Assembly: GCF_006345805.1 (NCBI RefSeq)
Contig: NC_042999.1
Location: 2,232,001 to 2,296,000, forward strand
DNA from: Octopus sinensis
Taxonomy: Eukaryota
Length of the DNA: 64,000 nt
Direction: 5' to 3'
The position numbers were made by a program, and so were the translations under genes. Within the stretch, counting starts at the first letter, position 1. Every line of letters begins with the position of its first letter. Below the pieces are notes generated by a model. It ran no database searches. It saw only the letters and a list, made by a program, of their open reading frames with translations, and had not been told where the DNA came from. Of this stretch, positions 1-11,463 are shown piece by piece.

Positions 1-77
1 AGTTAAGTATGTTCCACTAGAACATGCTATCTTTCTCTCTCTCTATCTCTCACTCTCTCTCTTTTCTCCTACATCCC

Positions 78-127
<50 letters not shown>

Positions 128-131
<4 letters not shown>

Positions 132-1070
132 TACTTTGCCACATACTGAACTCATTAGAAATAGCAGCTAAAAAAATTTTTTTTTAACTATTTCTAATAC
201 TTAAAGAAAATCTCTCTCATATAGTGTTTGCTCAAGTCAACTCACGAAAGTATGAGGGTAAAAACATTAAAACATCACAAATGCAAAGGTTATTTGAGAA
301 CGTACGTTTCTAGATTAGTCAAATCGACATTCCTTTCGTCAGCTCAGAATTCCTTGGTTCGGATTTGGGAACACTGAAAGCGGGAGCATACCCTTTTAGC
401 TTCCTATCACTTCTGAAGATCTGCTCGGACTATCAGTGTTAGCAAATTCAAAATATGCAAGCGAAGAATTTCTGCTCTCCCCTTTCCACCAGCGTGGGTT
501 AAAATTAGTAAACACTTTGTTTTATCGGTAACGACCGAAGCATTAAATAGAGAGAAATGAATTATAATTTCAACAATTGAGGGTAAAATTAATTAATTAT
601 TAATCAATTTTACCAAGTATTCAGTATGTAAAGGGACCATTTAAGGCGAATTCAATTATTACATTATATAAAAGGGCTTAGTAAAATAAATTACTTTGCC
701 ACATACTGAACTCATTAGAAATAGCAGCTAAAAAAAATTTTTTTTAACTATTTCTAATACTTAAAGAAAATCTCGTTCTCAAATAACCTTTGCATTTGTG
801 ATGTTTTAATGTTTTTACCCTCATACTTTCGTGAGTTGACTTGAGCAAACACTATATGAGAGAGATTTTCTTTAAGTATTAGAAATAGTTTAAAAAAAAT
901 TTTTTTAGCTGCTATTTCTAATGAGTTTAGTATGTGGCAAAGTAATTTATTTTACTAAGCCCTTTTATATAATGTAATAATTTGAATTCGCCTTAAATGG
1001 TCCCTTTACATACTGAATACTTGGTAAAATTGATTAATAATTAATTAATTTTACCCTCAATTGTTGAAAT
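128..1070. mobile_element. Non-coding Penelope-type terminal-repeat / retrozyme-like element: ~1.15 units of a 560-nt monomer (128-774, minus sense) joined to an inverted partial copy (774-1070)
   Basis: TTACTTTGCCACATACTGAAC occurs at 131 and 691 (period 560). 774-950 is the reverse complement of 128-302 and 863-1070 of ~568-774. Flanked by (TA)n on both sides and contains a hammerhead motif. Confidence 0.7.
294..347 (-). ncRNA. Minimal type-I hammerhead ribozyme motif
   Basis: Minus strand: TGAG CTGACGA AAGGAATGTCGATTTGACTAATCTA GAAA CGTACG TT CTCA. Stem I TGAG/CTCA, core CUGACGA...GAAA, palindromic stem III ACGUACGU, GUU triplet. Stem II is irregular (no G10.1-C11.1 pair). Confidence 0.6.
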
Positions 1071-1091
1071 ATATATATATATATATATATA

Positions 1092-1380
1092 CAGTTCTAT
1101 ATTTAAGAGATGAGGAATTATGCACATTATTTACATTTCATGGATATTTGTCCTCGTCTTGCTTGTTGTTAACACAACGTTTTGGCTGATATACCCTCCA
1201 GCCTTCATCAGGTGTCTTGGGGAAATTTCGAACCTGGGTTCTCATTCCTAAGGTATTTTTCAGTATTATTATTATCATTATTATTATTATTGTTGTTGCT
1301 GTTGTTGTTGTTATTATTCAGGTCACTCCTTTGGAATCGAACTTGGAATCTTGGGGTCAGTAGCCCACACTCTTAACCAC
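1092..1380 (-). mobile_element. Penelope-type terminal-repeat fragment containing a hammerhead motif
   Basis: Lies between (TA)n tracts. 1124-1178 matches 26906-26960 in reverse complement. Confidence 0.5.
1171..1216 (-). ncRNA. Minimal type-I hammerhead motif with G12A lesion
   Basis: Minus strand: GACAC CTGATGA A GGCTG gagggtatat CAGCC AAAA CG TT GTGTT. Stems I and II pair; GAAA reads AAAA (CpG-type decay). Confidence 0.6.
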
Positions 1381-1981
1381 TACACCATATATATATATAT
1401 ATACATAACAGTTTAGCTAGGTCTAAAATACACCCAGGGCTGTAATTTATGAAATGTGTAATTTGTTTGTATAAAATATTTAAATTGAATTGAATTTATA
1501 ATTATTCAATTTATTGTTTTGCCCTTTCTGAGTTACATTTATATATTATCAGTCCGGGCAAAATACTCCATAAGCTCTCCGTTGGCACCCAAGGCTAACA
1601 GTATTGTTTAAGTTAATGAAGAACTCCAAGCATTCTTATGTCAGGATCTGAGGTTCTGGTTCATTACAATTCAATACTGTAAATCCGTGGTTGGACTCCA
1701 ATCAAACTGGTTTTTACACAGATTGATATATAAGACAAGATATGACTTATGATCATCTGCTGTTTCCAGGAGTCATTATAGGTATATTATTAACAGCTTC
1801 AATCTGTTGATCTGATGAAAGTAGCATTGATATTCTTACATCGTTCAACTATTCTCAACTGATTAATAGAGCAATTGAGTAAAGCTATCTGTGACATACC
1901 TGCAATGGCTACTGGAAACAGCTGTAAGCCATTTTTAGTCTAATAAAGGAAAAATATGTAATGAACTTTATTTATACCTTG

Positions 1982-2068
1982 TGTGCGTGCGTGTGTGTGT
2001 GTAGATAGATAAATAGATAGACAGACATAAAGATAGGTAGATAGATAGGTAGATAGATAGATAGATAA

Positions 2069-2141
<73 letters not shown>

Positions 2142-2207
2142 GATAGATAGATAGAAAGATAGATAGACAGACAGACAGATAGATAAACAGACAGATCAAT
2201 AGGTAGT

Positions 2208-2248
<41 letters not shown>

Positions 2249-2259
2249 GAGAGAGAAAG

Positions 2260-2303
<44 letters not shown>

Positions 2304-2374
2304 TGATAGATAGATAAACAGATAGATTGATAGGCAGACAGACAGATAGATAAACAGACAGATCAATAGGTAGT

Positions 2375-2436
<62 letters not shown>

Positions 2437-2440
2437 AGAG

Positions 2441-2493
<53 letters not shown>

Positions 2494-2512
2494 AGAGATA
2501 GATAGATAGATG
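1982..2512. repeat. Compound (GATA)n/(GA)n/(TA)n microsatellite with internal duplication
   Basis: Direct reading; gatagataaacagacagatcaataggtagttata occurs at ~2180 and ~2346. Confidence 0.9.
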
Positions 2513-2748
2513 TGCAGGCATTTTTGTAGCCCGTTCTGTTCAAGTACGTTAATGTGATCATATGCCTTCGAGCGAAGGAAGTAAGCGGAAGAAAAAGAAA
2601 GAAACCTGTATTTTGTAGACTCAGCAAATTCTGTTCTTGCAAAAGACATACATTCAAAGAAATTCAACAATAGCTCTCTGATAGTTTCCGGTATTTAACA
2701 TATGTACAAAATCACATTACACACACACACACAACACACATGCACAAA

Positions 2749-3136
2749 TCTTTTACTTGTTTCAGTCATGTGACTGTGGCCATGCTGGAGCACCGCCTTT
2801 AGTTGAGCAAATCGACCCCAGGACTTATTCTTTGTAAGCCTAGTACTTATTCAATCTCTTTTGCTGAACTGCTAAGTTACGGCAAGGGGGGGAATCTAAC
2901 CCCACCAGCATCAGTTGTCAAGCAATGTTGGGGGGACAAACACAGACACACAAACACACATATGCATATATACGACGGGCTTCTTTCAGTTTCTCTCTAC
3001 CAAATCCATTCACAAGGCTTTGGCTGGCCTGAGGCTATAGTAGAAGACACTTGCCCAAGGTTCCACGCAGTGGGACTGAATCCGGAACCATGTGGTTCAT
3101 AAGCAAGCTACTCACCACACAGCCACTACTACACCT
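2749..3136 (-). mobile_element. tRNA-derived SINE family A, full length
   Basis: Head GTGGCTGTGTGGT...GGATTCAGTCCC (Pol III A/B-box-like) and tail GGCGGTGCTCCAGCATGGCCACAGTCACATGACTGAAACAAGTAAAAGA. More than 10 related copies in the window. Confidence 0.85.
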
Positions 3137-3498
3137 ATAAAAAGCACCATTCGAACGTGACCAATGCCAGCGCCGCCTTGACTGGCTTCCGTGCCGGTGG
3201 CACGTAAAGAGCACCATCCGAACGTGACCGATGCCAGTGCTGCCTTGACTGGCTTCCGTGCCCGTGGCACGTTAAAAGCACCAACCGATCGGGGCCGCTG
3301 CCAGACTCCCCTGGCAACTGTGCCGGTGACACGTAAAAAGCACCCACTACACTGGCGGAGTGGTTGGCGTTAGGAAGAGCATCCAGCTGTAGAAACACTG
3401 CCAGATCAGACTGAAGCCTGGTGCAGCCTCCTGGCTTCCCAGACCCCAGTCGAATCGTCCAACCGATGCGGAAAATGGATGTTAAACGATGATGATGA

Positions 3499-3502
<4 letters not shown>
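3137..3502 (+). mobile_element. SINE-like family C (internal GGCACGTAAAAAGCACC subrepeats; GGACGTTAAACG(ATG)n-type tail)
   Basis: Matches about 12 other copies in the window; (GAT)n tail. Confidence 0.8.
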
Positions 3503-3541
<39 letters not shown>

Positions 3542-3563
3542 CATACATATATATATATACATA

Positions 3564-3618
<55 letters not shown>

Positions 3619-4252
3619 GTATGTATATATATATGTGTGTGTGTGTGTATACATATATATCAGAATCAATAGGTACTTGTTAGACAATATTCAGTGCAAA
3701 AAATACAAACGATTCAATAGAAAAGAAAATCTGCTTAAAGTTAGGCGAAGAAAAGAAAGAACAACGATTATTCATCAGCGGGCAATAGGCCAAGTTTTAT
3801 AAGAGTAATTATGTCGACCTTTGAGTCATAGGAATACATTGTTAGTAAGTACGTTATCAAACCAAGAGGACCGAGAGACAAAGTTTGACCTTGGCACTGA
3901 TTTAATGTAGGACATCTCAGCACCAAAATAGATACAAGGAAGTACCAAGTTTACCTCTCAGTTGTTTTGAAAAAAAAATAAGAGAAAAGTAGTCGATATC
4001 GTAATAATGAGGACAAGAAGAACAATAGTGATAACGGTATTTTTAACTTGCTACGGAGCCATTCAAAAATCTATCATAATATTCTTAAGAAAAACAATGC
4101 AACAGGATATAGTTCGATATACTACAAAGCAAAATCGATAAACAAAGACAAGAAACTGATTGTTGCAAATACATATATTCCCAAATACAAACACAAATAT
4201 ACGTACATACAGACACACATACATACATAATACATACATACATACATACATA

Positions 4253-4309
<57 letters not shown>

Positions 4310-4330
4310 ATATTATATATATATATATAC

Positions 4331-4587
4331 GTGGAGGCACGTGGCTTAGTGGTTAAGGTGTCAGCATCATGATCATAAGATTGTGGTTTCGATTCCTGGA
4401 CCGGGCGACGCGTTGTGTTCTTGAGCAAAACACTTCATTTCATGTTGCTCCAGTCCACTCAGCTGGCAAAAATGAGTAACGCTGTGATGGACTGGTGTCC
4501 CGTCCAGCTGGGGAACACATACGCCACTGAAACCGGGAAACCGGGCCCATGAGCCTGGCTAGGCTTTAAAAGGGTGCATTTATTTTA
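4331..4587 (+). mobile_element. tRNA-derived SINE family D
   Basis: A-box TGGCTTAGTGG, B-box GGTTTCGATTCC; near-identical copy at 51480-51735. Confidence 0.85.
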
Positions 4588-4588
4588 T

Positions 4589-4752
4589 AGGCGTAGGATT
4601 GGCTGTGTGGTAAGTAGCTTGCTTACCAACCACATGGTTCTGGATTCAGTCCCACTGCATGGAACCTTGGGCAAGTGTCTTCTACTATAGCATCGGGCTG
4701 ACCAAAGCCTTGTGAGCGGATTTGGTAGACGAAAACTGAAAGAAGCCCGTCG

Positions 4753-4753
<1 letters not shown>
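4589..4753 (+). mobile_element. SINE family A, 5' half
   Basis: Matches the head of the 2749-3136 and 25614-26009 copies. Confidence 0.8.
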
Positions 4754-4784
<31 letters not shown>

Positions 4785-4820
4785 AGTAATCAAAATAAGC
4801 AACAAGAATGACTCCGGTAA

Positions 4821-4908
4821 ATTGGTACGATCGTTTCGTACTACATCATTTTATTAAATGTTGTAAGTATTACAACAGTTTTAAAATGCTGAGCACTCAT
4901 CAGCCAAT
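4821..4908 (-). ncRNA. Type-I hammerhead ribozyme motif with canonical core and long stem II
   Basis: Minus strand: ATTGG CTGATGA GTGC[51-nt fold-back]GTAC GAAA CGATCG TA CCAAT. All conserved core nucleotides are present, stem III is the palindrome ACGAUCGU, and the triplet is GUA. Confidence 0.8.
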
Positions 4909-5089
4909 GATAGAGGTTTTCCATTAATACAAAAATTCTCATATCAAGTGGCAACATTATAGAGAAGGTAGATACATAGACAAAGATGTGGATTTAAATT
5001 TTAAGAACATTTGAGGTAGTGGAGCCCATCAACTGACTGACTAAGATTCAGTTGTTCCAGACTACTGTAAGGTCCTGAGAGGGAAGAAC

Positions 5090-5120
<31 letters not shown>

Positions 5121-5152
5121 TGTATGTATGTATGTATGTATGTATGTATGTA

Positions 5153-5425
5153 TGTATTCTGCCTATATGTCTGTGCACACCTTTCAATGCAGTGTATGCC
5201 AGAAGGTTTGCAAATGTAACGGAGGCCTTAAAAGACATTTTAAGATTTAAAAAAAATCAGAACTTAACTGCATCTCTTGGTGGTCCAAATCAGATATGCA
5301 GTTTATGTGGGTGTCTTTTCAAAACATTGTCTTATTTAAAAAAGCCACATCAGAATGCCATGATGGTTCTAAGGTGTAGGTACAGGTGGTGGTCAAACTC
5401 TGCATACGGAGTAGACAACCACCAT
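5153..5425 (+). mobile_element. 3' end of an RTE-type LINE with degenerate C2H2 fingers
   Basis: Frameshifted translation gives CSVCQKVCKCNGGLKRHF and CSLCGCLFKTLSYLK-H. Ends GGAGTAGACAACCACC(ATGT)n. Inverted copy at 45197-45462. Confidence 0.6.
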
Positions 5426-6149
5426 GTATGTATGTGCAGATTTGTATATTTTATCTATGCATTCTCATGCATATAGTTGCATATCTAGACAAGCTCATAT
5501 ATATTCAAATGATAGACTTCTGGAAAGTTTTAGAGATTTTTACAGTTCCACTAATGTAAGTATGTATGTATGTATGTATGTATGTATGTATGTATGTATG
5601 TATGTATGTATGTATGTGTGTATGTATGTATGTATTTATGTATGTATGTATGTATGCATGTATGTATGTGTGTGTATGTATGTATGTATGTATGTAGGTA
5701 TGCATATATTATGTATGTATGTAGGTATGTATGTATGTATGCCTGTATGTATATGTGCAGATTTGTATGTTTTGCTTTATGTTTGTATTCTCATGCATAT
5801 AGTTACATACCTAGACATGCTCATATATATTTAAATGATAAACTTCTGGAAAGTTTTACAGATTTTTACAGTTCCAGTGATGGATTGGGTCTGTATGTAT
5901 GTACGTATGTACATGTACATCCAGACATGCACACATGCATTTTTATTCCTTCATGCAAGCTTATGCACTCGAATATAGTTTTACAAAAATAAACATGAAA
6001 ACTAGTGCTCACTGTATGAGTATAAACCTTGTTTTAGTATTATCAGTTAGTAGTTCAACGACAACAACATTCTTACTATACTCATTATGGCATACATGAC
6101 CAGTTTTTGCGGAGTTGATGATAACAGATCCGCTGCAATAACGTATGCA

Positions 6150-6360
6150 ATGGCGAGCTGGCAGAAACATTAGCACGCCAGGCGAAATGCTTAGCAGTAT
6201 TTCGTCTGTCATTATGTTCTGAGTTCAAATTCTGTGGAGGTTGACTTTGCCTTTCATCCTTTCAGGGTCGATAAATTAAGTACCAGTTACGCAATGGGGT
6301 TCATCTAATCAACGCCCTCCCCCAAAATTTTGGGCCTTGTGCTTAGAGTAGAAAAGAATA
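6150..6360 (+). mobile_element. tRNA-derived SINE family B with Nin/Deu-like core
   Basis: B-box GAGTTCAAATTC; core GACTTTGCCTTTCATCCTTTCAGGGTCGATAAATTAAGTACCAG; about 15 copies in the window. Confidence 0.8.
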
Positions 6361-6460
6361 ATTTATGCAACGACAGGCATAAGGAAGGGCAACCGGATGT
6401 AGAAACCAAGACAAATGTCAGGTATGAGCCCTTAGTCTTTAGCGATAGTAGCTCCTAATG

Positions 6461-7067
6461 CAGTGGTTATCAACATTTTTTTGACTGCAGCCCCTTTGAT
6501 TACTGTTCTATTCTGGTGGACCCACCTTAGTCATTCAATGCTTAAAAACTAGTTTTATAGACACTTCTTTCAAAATTCCGAATTTATCTATCAAACGTTT
6601 CCTTGTTTAAGTTGAACTTGAATTATGTAAAACATTAGAGAAAGAAATCTAGCAGTTTCTTACAATAAATATATCAAAATCAAAATTTTCTCATGGGCCC
6701 TTAAAATATTACTGTGGGTCTCCAATTTACTATTTTGCTTACTGGTGTCCATGTTGGTGACACGTAAAAGCACTACCCAATCGTAGCCATTTGCCAGCCT
6801 CCTGCAGCCCCTGTACCGGTGGCACGTAAAAAACACCCACTACATTTATGGAGTGGTTGGCGTTAGGAAGGGCATCCAGCCGTAGAAACACTGCCAGATC
6901 AGACTGGAGCCTGGTGCAACCTCCGTGGCTTACCAGACCCCGGTCGAACTGTCCAACCCATGCTAGCATGGATAAAGGACGTTAAATGATGATGATGATG
7001 ATAGTGAACCTCAAAAATTCTTATATTGAGCCTCAGCGGTCATATGACCCCCAGTTGAAAACCACTG
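6461..7067. mobile_element. Non-autonomous hAT (Charlie-like) DNA transposon with nested SINE C (6741-7002)
   Basis: TIRs CAGTGGTTATCAAC / GTTGAAAACCACTG and a perfect 8-bp TSD TCCTAATG at 6453-6460 and 7068-7075. Confidence 0.85.
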
Positions 7068-7445
7068 TCCTAATGGCAACTGACTCGAATGGTGACAACT
7101 TATACAACCCATATAACAAGGAGAGCAGACATAAAAAGACAACAACAATGACAACAAGAAGATCAGAGACAGTCTGCGTAATGTGATGTCGTTAAATTGC
7201 TTAGTTAAGTAAAATATTTTGTTGAAATCACTAAAGGAGAAGAGTGCATTAAATCGACATTTGAAGCAAATAAATGGAATGTGACGGACGAAGTAGGTCA
7301 TTGGAATGGTTGTAAGGAGTATGACGGATTAGCGACAGACATACGCGGATTAAACAGACAGGAAGTTGATAGATCAAATCCTAGAACGTTAAGCCTTAAT
7401 CTCTGAGGAAATGATGTAACTTGAAGATTCGTGAGAGTAAAGGCA

Positions 7446-7535
7446 TAGACATACATACATATATATACATATCTATATATATGTGTGTGTGTATGTGTAT
7501 ATATATATATATATATACATGCATCATATATATGA

Positions 7536-7566
<31 letters not shown>

Positions 7567-7744
7567 CATACATGCATCATACATACATATATATATATAA
7601 TATATATATTATATATATATACATATATATATACATACATCATATATAATATATATATATATATATATTCATACATGCATACATCATATATATATATATA
7701 ATAAACATATATAAACATACATGCATCATATATCTAAATATATA

Positions 7745-7784
<40 letters not shown>

Positions 7785-7788
7785 CATC

Positions 7789-7845
<57 letters not shown>

Positions 7846-8060
7846 CATCATATATAATATATATATATATATATTCATACATGCATACATCATATATATA
7901 TATATAATATATATATATATACATGCATCATATATCTAAATATATAATATATATATATATATATATAGATATACATACATCATATATATAAATATATAAT
8001 ATATATAAAGATATGCATACATGCATCAAATATATATATATTATATGTGTGCATATATAA
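7446..8060. repeat. (TA)n/(TACA)n compound microsatellite
   Basis: Direct reading. Confidence 0.9.
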
Positions 8061-8689
8061 AAGCCTACTGCGTATGTAGATACCCGTATGTATAAAAGCT
8101 CTTCTTGACATGGAGAGGTAAGTTTTTTAAAAAATTTCCATAATGAAATTCATGAGAAGATGCTATGTCTATAGATATAACACAAACTCCAACTGCACAC
8201 ATACTTACAGATGCGTATTTGTGTGTGCATGTGCATTTGGTTTATATAAAAAAGCTCTTCCTGACATGGAAAGGCAAGTTTAAAAAATTTACGATGATGT
8301 CTATGCTGACAATGGAATAAAAAAATAAAAGGGGGGGAGAAAGAGCAGAAGAACGAAGGCTTCGTGGGTTTGCTGAATGAATCCAATTTCCTAAGACGTT
8401 GAATAAATGTCAGAACGCAAGAAGAGATAAAACTCTCAACAAATTTTCTCCTTTTGTAATGTCAGGTGGAAAGTGGGATGGCTATGGTTAAATGTTTTTG
8501 AAAAAGACTGAAATTTAAATATTGCAATGTAAATAGGAAAAAGGCAAACGGGACATGTTTCAGTCAATAAATATATTTATCAAATACATGATGTTATTTT
8601 TTGGGGGTTTTTTTTCTGTTTTGAAATGTATTTATATGTTTTATATATGTTTTATAGGATGTTAGAAATTTGAAGCCCAGTGTGCAGCA

Positions 8690-9019
8690 GGCACACACAC
8701 ACAAGCAAACACACAAACACACAAACACACATACACATGAACACGCACACACACACGCATGAACACGCACACATAGACACACGGACACATGGACACAAGC
8801 ACACATGCACACACACGGACAAACACACACACACACACACACGCACACAAACACACATACACACACTCACACATACATGTAAATCCATGTATGTATATAT
8901 ATGCATATGTACATACGTGTGTGTGTGTGTGCATATATACACTTGCATGCATGCACACACACACTCATGCACACGTGCAACACTCATGTACACACACACA
9001 CACACACATATATATATAT

Positions 9020-9060
<41 letters not shown>

Positions 9061-9225
9061 ATCAAATTTTAAATATTTAATATACCAAGAAGCTATCTTA
9101 CTAGAATTTTGTCTCAGTTGTTGTTGTTATTATTATTATTAATAATGATAATAATAATAATAATAATAATAATGATAATAATAATAATAATAATAATGAT
9201 GATGATGATGATGATGAGGATGATA
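8690..9225. repeat. (CA)n, (TA)n, (TAA)n and (GAT)n microsatellites
   Basis: Direct reading. Confidence 0.9.
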
Positions 9226-9695
9226 AAGAAAAGAAAATTTAAATCCAAATACATGGATGACGAATGTGTCATATCAAGTTTGAAAGAATGTTAAGTTGAT
9301 GTCATGCCTGTTAGTAATCAAAATTCTTTCAGCCGAAGGAGATTTTCAAGAAATATTTTGTTTTTGACAATTTGTGGAATTTTAGCACGAATACAGAATG
9401 CAGTTTAAGTGTTCTTGGATTAAATCCATGATCAAACTTTGAATAACAGAATTTAAAGAGGTTCAGTTTGAGTGTGTCTCTGCCGCCTTATGAACAACTT
9501 AGAAATGGTGCTATCTTAGTGTTATCACTAATATATCCCCATTCGCTTAAAAAAAAAGTCACGACCTTAAAAAGGAAACTTGAAGAAGCCTTAGTCAAAC
9601 ATTTGACAAATGATGGATTCTTAAATGACATGGCCTTGACATTGCTACAGGAAGTCCCTCTTAGTAAATCTGTCTTCATTTGTCATGGGTATCTG

Positions 9696-11463
9696 CTTTC
9701 TACTTTAGGCACAAGGCCTCAAATTTGTGGGGAGGAGACTAGTCAATCACATTGACCCCAGTGCATAACTGGTGCTTATTTTATCGACCCCGAAAGGATG
9801 AAAGGCAAAGTCGACCTTGGCAGAATTCGAACTCAGAACATAAAGACAGACGAAATACTGCTAAGCATTTTGCCTGACGTGCTAACGTTTCTGCCAGCTC
9901 ACCGCCTTTTATCATGAGTGTCTGATTAAGAAAAAAATACATCATGTTAAATGTATCGGTAATAGATGTTTAATAGAATACATGGAAATTGAATGGTTTC
10001 GACAAGGCCACAAAAATTGTCCCTCACCCCTAACTTACCCAAAAAACATTTCCAAATATTTTTAAACACATAATGATATTGTTTCTTGCTAGGACGATAT
10101 TTATCTTATTTGTTATTTCTTTATTGCTCACAGGAGCTAAACATAGAGGGGACAAACAAGTACAGGCAAATGGATTAAGTCGATTACATTGACCCCAGTG
10201 CGTCACTGGTACTTAATTTATTGACCCCAAAAGGATGAAAGGTAAAGTTGACCTCGGCGGAATTTGAACTCAGAACACAGCAGCGGACGAAATACCTATT
10301 TCTTTATTACCCACAAGGGGATAAACACAGAGGGGACAAACAAGGACAGACATAGGTATTAAGTCGATTACATCGACCCCAGTGCGTAACTGGTACTTAA
10401 TTTATCGACCCCGAAAGGATGAAAGGCAAAGTCAAAATAATTTTCCAAGGTACCACTCAGTGGGACTGAACCTGGAACCATGTGGTTGGGAAGCAAACTT
10501 CTTACCATGCAACCATGTCGATCAATGAGTAATCCTTTCTACTCTAGGCACCAGGCCTGAAATTTGCTGGGTGTGGGGCAAGTCTGTTTCACCAATCAAC
10601 ACTGCATGATTGGTTTACATCAATTACGAAAGGATCGAAGGCAAAGTCAATGTTGGAAGAATTTGAGCACAGAACGTAAAACCAGAAGAAATGCTGCTAA
10701 ACATTTCGTCCGGCATACTACCTTATTATCAGAAAATAATATGCTTTCTACAATAGACACAAGGCCTGAAATTTTGGGGAAGCAGCTAGTCGATCACATC
10801 AGCCCCAGTGGTCAACTGGTACTTATTTCATTGACACTGAGAAAATGAAAGGCTAAATTGACCGTGGGGAAATTTGAATTTGGAACATATAAAACGGACA
10901 CAAAACTGGTAAGCATTTTGTCCGATTGTTTTCTACGCTAGGCAAAAGAGACCGATAGAATAAGTACTAGGCTAACAAAGAATAAGTCCTGGGGTTGATT
11001 TGCTCGACTAAAGGTGGTGCTCCAGTATGGCCACAGTTTAATTCCTGAAACAAATAAAAGAGTAAAAGAGTAATACATATACTGATATTTTAACAAATTA
11101 ACTAAATTAATATTTCCTCCTTATTTTATCCACTTTGAAAGGATTAAACATATAACCGACCTTGACAGAATTTGAACTCAGAACGTAAAGATGAACTCAA
11201 CACATTTTATCCAGTTTGGTAACAATTATACAAGCACGCAGTCTTATGATCGGTAAATAATCCTTTCCACTATAGGCACAAGGCCTGAAACTTTAGGGGT
11301 GAGGATAAGTCGATTAGATTGACCCCAGTAAGTAACAGCACTTATTTCATCGACCCCCAAAAGGATAACTGGTAAAGTCATCTTTGGGGGAATTTGAACT
11401 CAGAATGTAAGGACGAACGAAATGACACAAATTTGTTAATGATTCAACAAGCTCACTGCCTTA
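9696..11463 (-). mobile_element. Cluster of about 7 SINE B copies (9696-9908, 10110-10432 dimeric, 10533-10715, 10744-10925, 11120-11245, 11262-11463) with SINE A pieces (10445-10515 minus; 10939-11072 plus)
   Basis: Repeated ATCGACCCC-GAAAGGATGAAAGGCAAAGTCGAC and AATTTGAACTCAGAAC motifs, all in the same orientation. Confidence 0.8.

Noticed and set aside
3135-3548. Recurrent peptide [20 protein letters not shown] suggesting a gene family
   Set aside because: Antisense translation of SINE family C; frames and stops vary between copies.
4331-4405. tRNA-like A/B boxes (also 24139, 51480 and family A/B heads)
   Set aside because: No complete cloverleaf; they continue into SINE bodies.
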